A program made the position numbers and the translations under genes. This document shows positions 8,312 to 23,300 of a stretch of 40,275 nucleotides of DNA, in pieces (within the stretch, counting starts at the first letter, position 1; every line of letters begins with the position of its first letter). A model generated the notes under the pieces. That model was not told where the DNA came from and made no database searches. It saw only the letters and a program-made list of their open reading frames with translations. Origin of the DNA: Candidatus Dojkabacteria bacterium (GTDB taxonomy: Bacteria > Patescibacteriota > Dojkabacteria > J137); assembly GCA_047445235.1 (NCBI GenBank), contig JBLGEO010000045.1:1-40275 (forward strand). The letters are read 5' to 3'.

Positions 8312-11300
8312 ATGAAAAAGTTAAATTTACTTAAAAATAATTTCGTCGCTCAAATAAGAAATTTTGTCCAAAAACTTAAAAATGGTTTGAGTAACTTTAG
8401 AGGAATTCTTAACAAAGAGTTTTTATTAAGACACTATAAGGTACTTTCCTTTCTAGTTGTAGTTCTTGTAGCTAGTTTACTAGTGTTCATATTTAGACCA
8501 AAGACACCAGTTAATTTAGATTTTAACTTTACAGATAAACCAATTGCATTCAGTGATATTAAAAAGTCTGCATCAGTAGAGTTAACTGAAACTGAAAATC
8601 AATATGTAGCTCATCCAAATGGAGATTTGGTGCAGTATTCAAAATCCGGTCAATCTACAAACGGTAGTGTATCTCTTTTAAATTTAAACGCTAAAAATAA
8701 ACCATCTTTAGGAATTCACTTTACAAGCAGTGATAATTTAAATTCTACTTTAGATGGATCTAATGTAAGTTATCAAGGTATAAATTACACAATAAAATAT
8801 TCCACTTTCGATAAATTCATAAAGGAAGATATTGTTTTATTAAATCCAAACTCGGCAAAAGAATTTAAATTTGAATTAACTTCTTCAGAAGATTTAACTT
8901 TAACAAAGACGAACGATGGAGGTATCAATGTAGAACAAAATGGCAATTTGGTTTATTACATTTATCCGGCAACTGCTAAAGACTCCAACGATAAGCAAAT
9001 TGATTATACTTACGAAGTTGATGGTAAATCGATTACGTTAAAGCCATTAACATTAGCTCAATTTGAAAATGCAAAATATCCAATTACTATAGACCCTACA
9101 ATAGCTTGGTCTTTTTCAACATCAGTTGAATATACATTATCTGACGAAGCTAAAATTGAAATACAGAGTGGCTTAGTTAGATTAAAAGATAATTCTGGAT
9201 ATGCAACAGATGATCCTTATGTAATAAATAATAATGGTGTTACATACAATACTTTATCCGGCTTTAGCGAAATACTTGGGGGGAATAATCAAGGTAGTAT
9301 CCAATATCAATTAACTAATAACGGTACTGATTGGTATTGGTGGAATGGAAGCGCTTGGACGGTAACGGTTGCTGGATTTAGTGAATCTAATACAGCAGCA
9401 GTTGTTAATACAAATATTTCAACTTTTCCTACAGATATAGGAATAGGTAAACTACAATTTAAAGCATTTTTGCATGCAGCAACATCTGCAACTCAGGTTG
9501 AACTTTCAAACGTAAATATTATTTACTTTTCTAGCACAGCTCCAACAACTACTTCGCTATCACAAAATTCTGGAAGTTCCGTTGGTGGAAATGACATAAC
9601 AATTAATGGCTCTAACTTTGATGATGCATTAAAGACAAGTACATTCACATATACCGGAGCTGATCAAGCATATACAGTTCCTGCTGGTGTAACATCTATT
9701 CATGTAAAAATGTGGGGAGCTGGAGGAGGTGGTGGTACCAGAGGATCAGGTTGGGATTTCGGTTACGATGGTGGTGCAGGTGGTTATACAGAAGCAGATA
9801 TTGCAGTAACACCTGGTCAAACATTAAATGTAATGGTCGGAGGAGGTGGTTTTAGTGGTTTAACTACCGCAACAGGATATAGTTACGGAGGCGGAGGGCG
9901 AAACTGTGGAGGATCTGATTGTTCTTATGGTGGACAAGGAGGAGGAAGATCTGCTATTCAGATTTCAAGTGAAGATATTCTAACTGCAGGTGGTGGTGGT
10001 GGTGGTGGTTCTAGTGTTACTTCATATACAGAAGGTTTTGGTGGTGCTGGTGGTGGAACTACAGGGCAAGACGGAGTAGAAGTTGGGAATGCTACTACAG
10101 CTGGTACTGGTGGAACACAAAGCGCCGGTGGTACTGGTGGTGTAACTAATGTAGGCTATCCTGGAACTGCCGGTTCTAAATATTTAGGTGGTTATGCAGC
10201 TGGACAATCATATGGATCAGGTGGTGGTGGTGGATGGTATGGAGGAGGTGGTGGTGGTTACTTAAACAGTTTTATGGGTGGCGGAGGAGGTGGTTCAAGT
10301 TACATTGCAGGAGCAGGAGTAAGTAATGCAAGTACTATTGCAGGAAATTTGAACAACCAACCTAAAAGTGATGACTTTGATAACAGTGGTGCTGGAAAAG
10401 GAGGAGCAACGAGAGTAGATGGTTCTCATGGTAGAGTCATTATTAATGCGATTACTAAATCTGTAAAATTTGGGAATACAGAAGCACATAACATAAGGGT
10501 GACAGACTCAAATACTTTGATAGTAACTGTGCCTCAACATACACCTGCAACTGTGGACGTAACTGTAACAAATTCCGATGGGCAAATTGCGACCCTTAGT
10601 AATGCCTATACTTTTAATGCACCTTCTATTACTTCACTATCTAGTACTTCTGGTTCAAGTGCTGGAGGTAATGATGTAACGATAACTGGTACAGACTTTG
10701 ACTCTAAAGTAGCTAGTCAAACATTTACGTATACTGGATCAGATCAAATTTATACAGTTCCACAAGGTGTTACCTCAATTCGTGTAAAGATATGGGGAGG
10801 TGGAGGAGCTGGCGGTAATCCTGGTTCTTGGACTCAAGGATACCCAGGTGGTGGCGGTGGATATACAACAGCAGATATAGAAGTTACTCCAGGTCAGAAC
10901 TTAAACGTTATGGTGGGAGCAGGTGGTTCACATACAGCCAACAGTTTATATAATTATGGTGGTGGTGGGCCAAACTGCGGAGGTACTGATTGCCAATACG
11001 GTGGACAAGGAGGAGGAAGATCTGCTATTAAATATAATAATCAAGATCTCGTTACAGCCGGCGGTGGTGGTGGTGGTGGATCTTCTTTGCAACACAACTA
11101 TAGTGAGAATGGAGGTGCAGGAGGAGGGCCTACTGGAGATAATGGTTTAAACGGTGAAAATTCAACCTCTGGTGGTAGAGGTGGTACTCAGAGTGCAGGA
11201 GGTGCAGGAGGTGTTGCAGGTAATATAGGTGCACAACCTGGTCAAAAATATACTGGTGGAAGACCAAATTCACCTTACTCTTATGGAGGATCTGGTGGTG

Positions 11301-14300
11301 GTGGTTACTTTGGAGGTGGAGGCGGAGCATATTATAGTACAACTATGGGTGGTGGTGGTGGTGGTTCTGGTTACATTGGTGGATCTGGAGTAAGTAATGG
11401 TACTACAATTATTGGTACCTCTAAAGTGCAGGCGAATCCTGAGGATCCATTAAATAGCGGAGCCGGTGGTGGTGGAAATCAGTCTGTAGATGGCACATCA
11501 GGGAAAGTTGTAATTGACATCTTACCTAAATCAGTAACTTTTGGTGGCGTACCAGCAACAAATATTAGATATACAAATGCTACTACGATTGTTGCAACTG
11601 TACCTATTCATGCAGCGGGAACTGTAGATGTAGTTGTAACAAACCCAGACGGACAAAGTTCTACAATAACAAATTCGTATACATTTATTGGACCGATTGG
11701 AACATCAGTATCTCCTAATACAGGTTCTACTGTTGGAGGAACAGATGTAACAATAACTGGGACGAATTTTAGTAAAAGTGTTTCTACTATGACATTCTCT
11801 TTCAGTGGTGGTGATCAGACTTATACAGTTCCTGAGGGAGTAACATCGATTAAAGTAAAGGTATGGGGAGCAGGTGGAGCTGGTGGAAAAGTTGGAGGTT
11901 GGGGATATGGAGCACCTGGAGGTGGAGGTGGATATACAACAAGTGATATTACAGTAACGCCTGGTCAGACATTAACCGTAATGGTTGGAGGTGGTGGTTC
12001 TGCAGCCGGTATTGATCTTGATACTTACGGTGGTGGTGGACGTACATGTACTAGAGCAGAGTGTGTTTATGGATCTCAAGGTGGAGGTAGATCTGCAATA
12101 AGAGTAAGTGGTGAAGATATTTTAACTGCTGGAGGAGGTGGTGGTGGTGGTTCTACACGAACACCAAGTTATAGTATGGCTGGAGGAGCTGGAGGTGGAG
12201 ATGTTGCACAAACAGGTTTCTCAGATGAATATGCATCTGGCGCAGGTAAAGGGGGAACGCAAATAGCTGGTGGAGCTGGTGGTGTTACACCTTCCGCAAC
12301 AGGTGACGCTGGTTATAAATATTCTGGTGGATGGGGAGCACTTGGTTTTCCTTATGGAGGATCTGGAGGTGGTGGATGGTATGGTGGTGGAAAAGGAGAA
12401 TACTACGAGCCAAATACAATGGGTGGTGGTGGTGGTGGTTCTGGGTATATTGGTGGCGCTGGGCTTGTTAATCCCTATATGTATACTGGGGATAAAACTA
12501 CCCAAGCATTCTCAACAGATCCTGATAACGGTGGGGCTGGTGCAGGAGGTGCTGCGTCTACTGATGGACAAAATGGAAGGGTAGTTATTTATGCATTGCC
12601 TGTAAAAGTAAAAATAGGTGGTGTAGAGGCAACTAATATAAACTATGTAAACTCAACAACTATTACTGCAACTTTGCCACAGGGAACACTTGGTGCAAAG
12701 GATGTAGAAGTAATAAACCCTAATGGAGATTCTTCGACAATAACGAATGGTTTCACATATGCATCACCTAATCCAACATCTGTCACTCCATCAACGGGAT
12801 CAACTTTTGGAGGAGAAACAATTACTATTACAGGGACAAATTTTGGGAATTTAACGCCAAAAACTTATATATCAACTGGAACAGATCAATCCTATACAGT
12901 TCCTGCCGGAGTGACTTCTATCAGAGTCAAAATGTGGGGAGCAGGTGGAGGTGGAGCGGGGATTGGAAGTTGGAACTTCGGGTATTCAGGTGGAGGTGGT
13001 GGATACACTACAGCGGATGTCGCTGTTACCCCTGGAGACGTATTAACAGTTGTTGTTGGTGCAGGGGGTATTGATGGTCAATTAGGAGCTACAGGTAACA
13101 TGTATGGAGGCGGAGGAGCTGCATGTATTAGTAGCGATTGTAGATATTCTGCTGCGGGAGGTGGACGATCATCGATAAGATTTGGTGGTGAAGATATATT
13201 AACTGCAGGTGGTGGTGGTGGTGGTGGTTCTGCAAGAGCATTGGATGTTAGCCAGAGTGGTGGAGGTGGAGGTGGTACTTATGGTGAAAATGGAAAGTCA
13301 GACTATCCAACTGCCAATGGTCTTGGTGCAACTATTCTAAATGGAGGACTCGGTGGAATTGCTAATACTGCAAATGGTAACTCAGGTACTAAATATCAAG
13401 GAGGAGCAACTCAATTAAATTCATATGGAGGAGGTGGTGGTGGTGGATACTACGGTGGTGGGGCTGGAGGTTTCTTTGAAATTGCTAGTTCTAGTCGAAT
13501 GGGTGGTGGTGGCGGTGGTTCCGGATATATTGATGGGACTGGTGTATCAAAAGGTTTAATGATTGCTGCGATTGGAACTACTCAAGCAAATTCTTCAGAT
13601 GTTGACAATGGAGGTGCTGGACTGGGTGGTGCACAGTATACTGCAGGAAAACATGGAAAAGTAATCATTACACCTTTGGGTATAAATGTTTCTGTTGGTG
13701 GTGTTACAGCAAGAGATATAAGATTTGTTAGTTCTACAACCCTAACTGTAGTAACACCTACCAATTCACCTGGTGTTAAAGATGTTGTAGTTACTAGTCC
13801 TGACGGATATTCTTCAACACTTGTTGGTGGATATACATATGTGGGTTCAAGTTTAAATTCAATCACTCCTAACTTTGGTACAACTAATGGAGGAACAAAC
13901 GTAACAATTGATGGAGATAATTTAAGTGCAGGCCTCGAGACAAAAACTTATGACTTTACTGGAAGAGATCAGATCTTTATTGTTCCTGAAGGAATAACAT
14001 CGGTATTTGTAAAAGAGTGGGGAGCAGGAGGAGGTGGTGGCGATAATTTAAATTGGGGGTATGGTTATGCGGGAGGTGCAGGTGGATTTACAACGAGTGA
14101 AGTTACTGTTACACCTGGTCAACAACTTACAGTTATGGTTGGTTCTGGAGGTGTACCTGGTAGAACCTCAAATGCCTATAGTTTCTATGGAGGCGCAGGA
14201 AATAACTGTGTAGCAGACTGTAATTACGCTGGGCAAGGAGGAGGAAGATCTGCAATTAGAGTTAGTGGTGAAGATATTTTAACTGCTGGTGGAGGTGGAG

Positions 14301-17300
14301 GTGGAGGTACTAGTCGTTCTAACATACTTAGACAAATTGGAGGAGCCGGCGGTGGACTTTTAGGTCAAGATGGTATATCTGACTCAGTTTTAACTGCTGG
14401 TGGTAAAGGTGGTACTCAAAGTTCTGGTGGTTCAGCTGGAGTTGCAGGAGGTGGAAATGGTACTGCAGGTTCAAAATATACTGGAGGGAATAGTTACTCA
14501 GCTTACGGTGGATCAGGTGGAGGAGGTTGGTATGGTGGAGGAGCTGGATCTTATCAAGAACCAAATACAATGGCAGGAGGAGGAGGAGGTTCTGGATATA
14601 TTGGCGCACCCGGGTTAGTTAATCCGTTTACAATAATGGGTGATTACAATGTTCAACCATTCTCAACAGATACAGATAATTCTGGTGCAGGAGCTGGAGG
14701 AGCTGCTAATGTTGCAGGTAAACCAGGAAGGGTTGTAGTTACAACAGCACCAAGTTCTCTATATTTTGGTTCTGAAAAGGCAATAAATCTAAAATTGGTT
14801 GATGTGCATACTCTAACCGGTACTACTACACCAAATACAGCTGGTGCTAAAGATGTTTCTTTATTCTTGCCTGACGGAAACTCAGCAACTTTGAGTAATG
14901 GATTTACATTTATACCACCACCAGTTATAACTTCAATTAACCCTGCATTTGCAGCTGAAGCAGGCGGTACACAAATTGTTATTACTGGAACTGGCTTTAT
15001 AGATACACCAACAATTACATTTGGTGGCGTATCTGCAACATCAGTTACTTTTGTTAGTTCAACTACCTTAAACGTAGTTGCTCCAGCTCACGCATTAGGA
15101 AACGTAGATATTGTAATTGCCAACCCAGATGGAACTTCGAGTACATTCACAAATGGGATCCAATATATAGTAGCTCTTTCTAAAATTACATCAATTGATC
15201 CAACAGTAAGTCCTGTAGGTGGTGGCACAAATGTAACAATTACTGGTGAAAACTTTGGCCCAGCGATCAGTAGTTTAAAGTTTGGTAATACTGATGCAAT
15301 TAATCCTGTGTACGTGAATTCTACAACAATTACTGCAACAACACCTGCCCATTCACTTGGCCTTGTTGATGTGGTACTAAATCAGGAAGATGGTCAAACG
15401 TCAACACTTGCTAATAGCTTTACTTTTGCAAATCCACCAGTCATAACCAATATTAGTCCTACCAATGTAATAAAAACTGGCGGTTCAACAATAACAATCA
15501 CTGGTACAAGCTTTGAGCAAACACCGCAAGTTAAATTTGGTGGAGTGAATGCGACCTCTGTATTATATGTAAATAGTACAACTCTAACAGTTGTAGCTCC
15601 TGCACACTTTTTAGGACTAACTGATGTTCAAGTTATTAATCCAGATACTTTAGCTGTGACTTACACGAATGGAGTTAACTATGTAGAGGCACCTCCATCT
15701 ATAACGAGTGTTACGCCAAATTCAGGTCCAACTTTAGGTGGAACAGATGTAACAATTAGTGGAACAAATTTTTTAAATGGGCAAGGTACAGTTGGCAATG
15801 GTAGAGATGGTTCTGTAATAGTAGCTTCTAACAAGAATATAAATACTGATATAATCTCAGGATCAAGAACTTGTGCTGATGCAATTAACTATTCAGTAAC
15901 TGGATTAAGCTCTACACAGGCCACACTTTCAACTTCTCCTACAAATGATTGCTTAGCAGTTGACGATGAAGTGATGCTAATAAATTTACAAGGGACTAAT
16001 TCAAACAATACTAATGTAGGTAATTACGAATTCTTTTATGTATCTGCAATTACTGGGAACTCAGTAGAATTTTCAAATATAAAAACTAAATTTTACGGTG
16101 ATGGTGCAAATGATGACAATAATATAGGTACAGCTTCAACTAACCAAAAGGTAATGTTACAAAGAGTTCCTAACTACCAAAATGTTGCTGTTAATGTAGG
16201 TTCTACACTTACTTCAAGTGGTTGGGATGGCACAAAAGGTGGAGTGCTCTTTTTTAGAAATAATGGTACTCTAACAATAAATGGCTCAATTAGTGCTTCA
16301 GGAAAAGGTTATAGAGGAGGACAAGGACTAACAAATGGTTCAGATTATACTCAAGGAGAAAGTTATACCGGAGTAGGTAGTGCCGCAACTACAGCTAATG
16401 CTGGTGGGGGTGGAGTTGGTACAGGTGAAGGATCTGTTTTTAACGGAACTTCTTCTTCAGGTGGTGGAGGTGGTTCTTACGGAACTGCTGGGACAGACGG
16501 TTTTCAGGCAAGTGGAACTACTCAAGGTAGTGCTGGTAATACATATGGTACTAATACATTGGATAAATTATTCTTAGGATCAGGAGGTGGTGGAGGTGGT
16601 GCAGTAAATTTTGGTTCAGGTTCAGGAACTTTTGGTGGAAATGGTGGAAATGGAGGAGGGATAGTAATGATAAATTCTGCAAACATTGGCATAGGTGGAA
16701 CTATAGGCTCAAATGGATCAAATGGTATTAATGGTAATTCCAATGGTGGTTACGGAGGCTCTGGTGGTGGAGCTGGATCCGGAGGAAGTATCTTCATAAG
16801 TTCTTCTTCTTTAGATTTGGGTAGTTCTAACGTAATTGCAAATGGTGGTTCAAAGGGTATCGGTGGTGCTGCTGGCGAAGCAGGTACAGATGGTGGAGAT
16901 GGTGGTGCGGGTAGAGTTGCAGTATATTCAGATTCGATTACTGGTTCAACTAGTCCAAGTGCTTATCAAGGTTCGATTGGAAATAGTATTTCTAGCATAG
17001 CTGTAGATTTTGACGGAGTGTCGGCAACAAACATTACGTATGTAAATTCAACTACTTTAACTGCAACTACACCAGCAAATGCAGGTGGTCCAGCAGATGT
17101 AAAAGTTACGAATACTGATGGTCAATCGGATACTTTACACAATGGATTCTTGTACGCATCGGATAGATATTCATTTATCTCTCCAGTATTAAACATTAGG
17201 GCAACTGAACCTGGAACAATGGTAGTCCAAGCTCAAGACGTATTAGGAAACCCAATACTTGTAGACACAGATACTACTCTAAGTTTATCTTCAACTAGTA

Positions 17301-20300
17301 CCTCTGGCTTTTTTGCAATTGACTTAAACGAAAATGAATCAACAAGATGGGATTACAATTCAGTTGTAATACTTGCTGGAACATCTACATCAACGTTCTA
17401 TTACAAAGATAATCAAAAAGGAACCCCAACAATTACTGCGGAGCCTACTGAAGGAGCTATTAGTATCCCAGCAACACAAAATGCCGCGATCAAAAGTAAA
17501 TTTCAACTTTTACTTACAGGAATCAGTGATCCAATAAAAGTTGGAGTACCTAGTTCTGTAACTGTAATCAGCGTTGACTACTTAGGTAATCCACAACATG
17601 ATTATCAAGGAACTGTTCAGTTCAGTTCTACAGATCCAGCTACGTTGTTTCCAGCAAACTTTACATACCAGTTGTCAATGCTTGGTGAACATACTTTCGT
17701 TAATGGAGTCACACTAGTAACTCAAGGAGACTTCTGTGTATCTGTAACAGACGTTGATGATGCTGATATTACGGGTAGTCAATGTAATATTACAGTTGAT
17801 CCACCGGACGTTGGTACAATTGCTAAACTAAAAATACTAAACGGAACTCAAACAATTCCTCTAGATGGAATTACAACAGAAATTACAGTTCAAACTCAAG
17901 ATACAAATGGAACTGCAATTCCTGTTGGTGTTATAACACCTATTTACTTTTACACAAATTCGAGCACAGGTGAATTCTCAACAGATGGAGTGACTTGGTC
18001 CAATGGTCCATTTACATCACAAATATCGGCTTATGCAACATCAAAGAATTTCTTTTACAGAGATCCAACACTTGGTGCACACATAATAGTTGTTAGAGAC
18101 GATTCAGTTGGAAACAGTAATGGTACAGGTACAAATGTTGGCTGGGAAAACGATACCGCAACAATAACAACTGCAGTTGGATCTGCAAATAAATTAGCAC
18201 TATATGGTGTTCCAACATCGTTAACAGCTGGAGATGTAAGCAGTGCAATTAGTATTTCAATGCAAGATGTAGATGGAAATAACCTAACAGCAACTCAAGA
18301 TAAAACAGTTTATTTGACTGCAAATCCAAATACAATACTATTTTCTGTAGATGGAGTGAGTAGTTTTACCAATAGTCTTTCTACAAAGATCAAAACAGGA
18401 GACTTGCTAACACAAGTTTATATTAAAAGTTTAGTAAAGGGATCAACAGATATTACTTTATCAGATGCTAATCCAGCAGACGGAGATACTGGCTTAGTGG
18501 ATAGTGTTAAAAATATAACAATAAATGCTGCTGCTGCAAATAAACTTATTCTAATAGATGGACCTTCACAAGTTATTGCTGGTGATGTTTCAAATGTATT
18601 TACAGTACAATTACAGGACATTTATAACAACCCTGTTAGTCCAATAAGTAACTTTCCAATTTACCTATCAACAAACAATTCAGATGGAGTATTCTCTGCA
18701 ACATCATTTGGAACAACAATTACAACATTAAATATTCCAGCAGCAAGTGACAGTGTTAACTTCTACTTTAAGCAAAATAAATACTTTACTACTCAAACAA
18801 TTAATATTGCTGACACGATAGGTGGATTCGGTGCAGGAGGATTAACAGATGCACAAACAACAATAGATATATTGCCAGGAACAATTTCTCAATTAGGAAT
18901 TCTTGAGAGTTCACCATATTCCGCAGTAGCAGGAGTTGAAGCTGGGCCATTCACAGCAGTTATAAAAAATACGTTTAATGTAGAAGTGCCAACTAGCCAA
19001 GATATTCAACTTTACTTATATACAAATTCAGTAGCAGGAACAAAAGAATTCTCTATATTGAGTAGTCCTTGGACTCCTATTACAAGTTATTTATTACCAA
19101 CTTCACAAAGTAGATTTACTTTCTTCTATAAAGATACAAAGGCTGCAACTACAACAATAAAAGTATCCGATGATAATAACCCTTCATTTGAATTCGGGTT
19201 AACCAATGCTTCAATAGATTTAGCGATTGCAGCAGCTACACCAAGTGCAGTTAAGTTTACATCTAGTCCACAAACAGCTGACGCTGGAGTAGCTACAGGA
19301 GCAATCACAGTAAGCCTTTATGATCAATATAATAACGTAGCAAAATCAGCAGCAGGAACAACAGTTAATTTGGCAAGTACCTCTGGAACAGGAAGATTTG
19401 ATACTGCAAGCAATGGTGCATTTGATGGTAGTATTACAAGCGTAAATGTAAATACAGATCAAAGTGTTGCAACTTTCTACTATAAAGATACAACTGCAGG
19501 AACGCCAACAATCACATTAACTTCAAGTGGTTTAAGTGGCGACACTCAAGATCAAACTATTGTTTATGGTAATGTAACTAGCTTTAACTTATCGAGTGTA
19601 AGTTCTACCGTAACTGCTGGTGTAAGTTCAAGTGCAATAACTCTAAAGACTTTCAACGCTGGTAATGTTAATGTTCCTGTGCCTTCAGACTTTACAGTTA
19701 ACATAGCAAGTAATAACATAACTGGCAAATTTGATACAGCATCGAACGGCGGCTTCTTAGGAGTAGTTACAAGCGTAACTGTGTTGGCAAATCAAAGTTC
19801 AGTAGATTTCTATTATAAAGATTCATTAGCTAGTAATGTAACTATTACTGCTAGCAAAAATACTTTCACGAATGCAACATTTAACTTAGCAGTGACAGCA
19901 GCAGCAGCAAGCAAGTTAGCATTTAAAGACTCAAGTCTAGCTGCATTAAATCTTGGACAACAGAGTGCTGCAATATTTATTCAAAGTCAGGATTCTTTTG
20001 GAAATCAGTCAGTAGTTACAACAGATACAAATGTATATTTACATTCTAATTCTGCTAATCACCAATTTTTTAACCAATCTAATTCTGTAGTAACAAATGT
20101 TGTCTTAACAAATGGAAGTTCAGAAACTCAATTTAGTTACAAAGATTTTGTAATAGGGACATATACAATTACATTGAGTGATTTTACTTATCCAGACTCA
20201 CCTGATGTAGGTTTAACTAACGCTTCAAAGGATATAACTATTACAAATGGAGCACCTGCTAAATTTCAACTAACAAAACTTTCTCAAGACTTACTAGTTG

Positions 20301-23300
20301 GTACACCTGAATTAGTAACATTGAAATTATTAAATGCATATGACCAAGAAGTTCCTGCTACGTCAGATACTCAAGTTAATTTATCTTCAACATCTGGAAC
20401 GGGATCGTTTGATACTGTAAGCAATGGAAGCTTTAACCTAAACTCAGTAACAGTTTTGAACGGAGATTCAACTGCAACTTTCTATTACAAAGACACAACA
20501 GTAGGAACCCCAACAGTAAGCGCGGCTCGAAATGGATTCACAACAGGAACAACAACATTTAACTTGCAACCAAGTACAGTATTTAGATTAGTATTCGATT
20601 CTGTGCAGCAAAGTGTTGTTGCTGGAGTATCCTCCAACGTATATATTATTAAATTTAGAGATCAGTACGGGAATTATACTGTCCCACAAAGTCCATTTAC
20701 TATTAACTTAGCTTCACAAGAAGCAACTGCACAATTTGCAACTTCTAATGTTGGCCCTTGGAATGTTACGTCAATAGATGTAAATATAAACGATTTAGAT
20801 GCTAGATTCTTTTATAAAGATACAGTTGCTGGAATAAAGACTTTAACCGCTTCTTCAAACTTACTACAAAGTGGAACCCAAAATGTAACTATAACAGCAA
20901 ATACTCCTACAACAATGAAATTTGTACCAAACGTTGGACAAACTGTAGCAGGTCAAATTGCATCAGGAGCTATTACAGTTGTACTTTACGATCAATACAA
21001 TAACATTGCTAAACCATCAAGTAGTGTAACTTTGAACTTGACATCTGATAGTAGTCACTATGAGTTTTCAAAAACTGTAGTTCCTTGGACACCAGTTACA
21101 AGTGTAGATATTACAAGTTCAGAATCACAATCGGTGTTCTATTACAAAGATTGGATAGTTGGAACACCAACAATCACTGTTACAGATAACGCAAATGTTA
21201 TTGACCCTATTAACTTACAATTTACAATAATTGCTAGTGATGCATCTAAATTAGTAATTAGTACAGCACCACAAACAACCATTATTAATACTCCAACAAA
21301 CAATATTACATTCTTTGTGGCAGACATAAATAATTACAAGACAGCATTTAACAGCGATTCACAGGTGTTTGTATCTAGTGATAGTGTTGGCGGACAGTTC
21401 TCAAAAGACAATGGAGAAACTTGGACTACAACTCTAACATTTGATATTCAGGCAAGCACAGATACAGAACGAAGTTTTATATATGTAGATTCGGTAGAGG
21501 GTAACCCACAAATAACAATTTCTAGTTCAGGTTTAACATCTGCTACACAAATTGAAACAATGATAACTGGAACAATTAATAAAGTTGTAATAGGTGGAGA
21601 TGGAAATGTTGCGGCCGGAACTCCACTTGCTTTAAATATTCAGACCTTAAATAATGCTGATTTAGCTGTCTCTGTAAATGAAGATACAATATTAACTCTA
21701 TTATCAACAAGTACAACTGGTGAGTTCTCACTATCAAACTCAGTCTGGACTCCAATTACAGAATTTACATTAGTTAAATGGCAGAATCAAAAAGTAATCT
21801 ACTATAAAGATACTATCTCTGGTACAGCTACTATTACAGTTAACGCTAAGATTAGTCAAGGGTGGACTGATGGCACAAAACTTATAGATGTAACTTCAGC
21901 TGCATATAGTAGAATAATATTCTTACAACATCCCGCTAGTGTAGTTGCAGATACTTTATCAACCCAATTTACTGTCCAAACAGTTGATCAGTTTGGTAAT
22001 TTAGTTGGGACATCAGACAGAACAGTTTACATTTATGTTCCAGCATCTGGAAACATAAGTTTAAACGGGACTACTTTTGTCGGGACAACAACGGCATTAA
22101 CATTACTTGATGGTGATTTTAGTGGAAGCTTTTATTATAAAGATGTACTACCTGGGAATAAAGTTATTACTGCAAGCGACCAAACACCTTTAGATGCACC
22201 AGATACAGGAGTTATTAATGCTACTGCTAACATTAATGTATTAGGCCAAACTGTTGCAGGTATAAGAGTGACAACTACTGCTCAGACTGGTTCATTAAAA
22301 TTAACAGCTGGTCAAATTAGTAGTGTAATAACAATTGAGGCGTACAAAGCAAATAACTCCGCTGCTATTGTCGGTACACCATTACAAATCGACCTTTCTG
22401 CTATACCATCTTCAGTTGGTAAATTTACAGCAACATCTGATGTTAGTGCAAATGCAATTACATCTGTAACAATTTCAACTGGTTCTACAACAGCTAACGT
22501 TTACTTTACAACAAACGTTGCTAATACATATACATTAAACTTTGATTCAACTGCAATAACTGGGGATACTCAACAAATTGAGTTCCAGGCAGCAACTGCA
22601 AGTAAGTTAGTATTCCGAACATCTGTACAATCTAAAGGTGCAGGAGTAGAGTCCGATCAATTTAGAGTTAGTTTACAAGATCAATTTGATAACTTAGCTA
22701 CAGAAGCTACAGACACTACGTTAATATTAAGTTCTACCAGTAGTACTGGATTATTTTCTGTTCTAAATGGATTAGCCTGGGTTGATACAAACCAAATTAC
22801 TTTAAGTGCTAGTACATCCGATATTTACTTTTACTATAAAGATACTGTTGCTGGTACTTCTGTATTAACAGTAGATGAGACTCCAAGTCTAGGAATTACT
22901 GCAGCTACTCAAAACTTTACAGTTACATCTGGTAGTGTTGCATCCATTAGATTCTTAACAACCACAAATACTTTACAAGTAAATCAGCCTTCTAACGCAA
23001 TGACAGTTTCTGTATATGATGTATTTGGTAACCAAACAACAACACAAAGTGACTTAAATATTTACTACTATTCAACTTCTGGCACAGGATCTTTTGCATC
23101 AAGTAATTTATTTAGTTCCACAATTACAAGTGCAATAATTACTGCAGCAACATCAAGTTCAACATTCTATTACAAAGATACAACAAGTAATAATCCAGTA
23201 ATTACAGTAAGTGATCAACCAAGTTTAGATAGTCCTGATATTGGAATTACAAATGCTACTCAAACTCAAACAATTATCTTAGGTGCAGTAGCTAAGTTAA

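Noticed and set aside
9632-14745. Collagen-like or PE-PGRS annotation for the Gly-rich units
   Set aside because: No sustained Gly-X-Y triplets and no PE domain. The Gly runs sit in a conserved beta-strand frame like ALK/LTK-type domains.
9700-16920. (GGT)n/(GGA)n tracts as microsatellites, G-quadruplexes or a CRISPR-like array
   Set aside because: Explained by polyglycine coding. Synonymous codons are mixed and there is no repeat-spacer structure.
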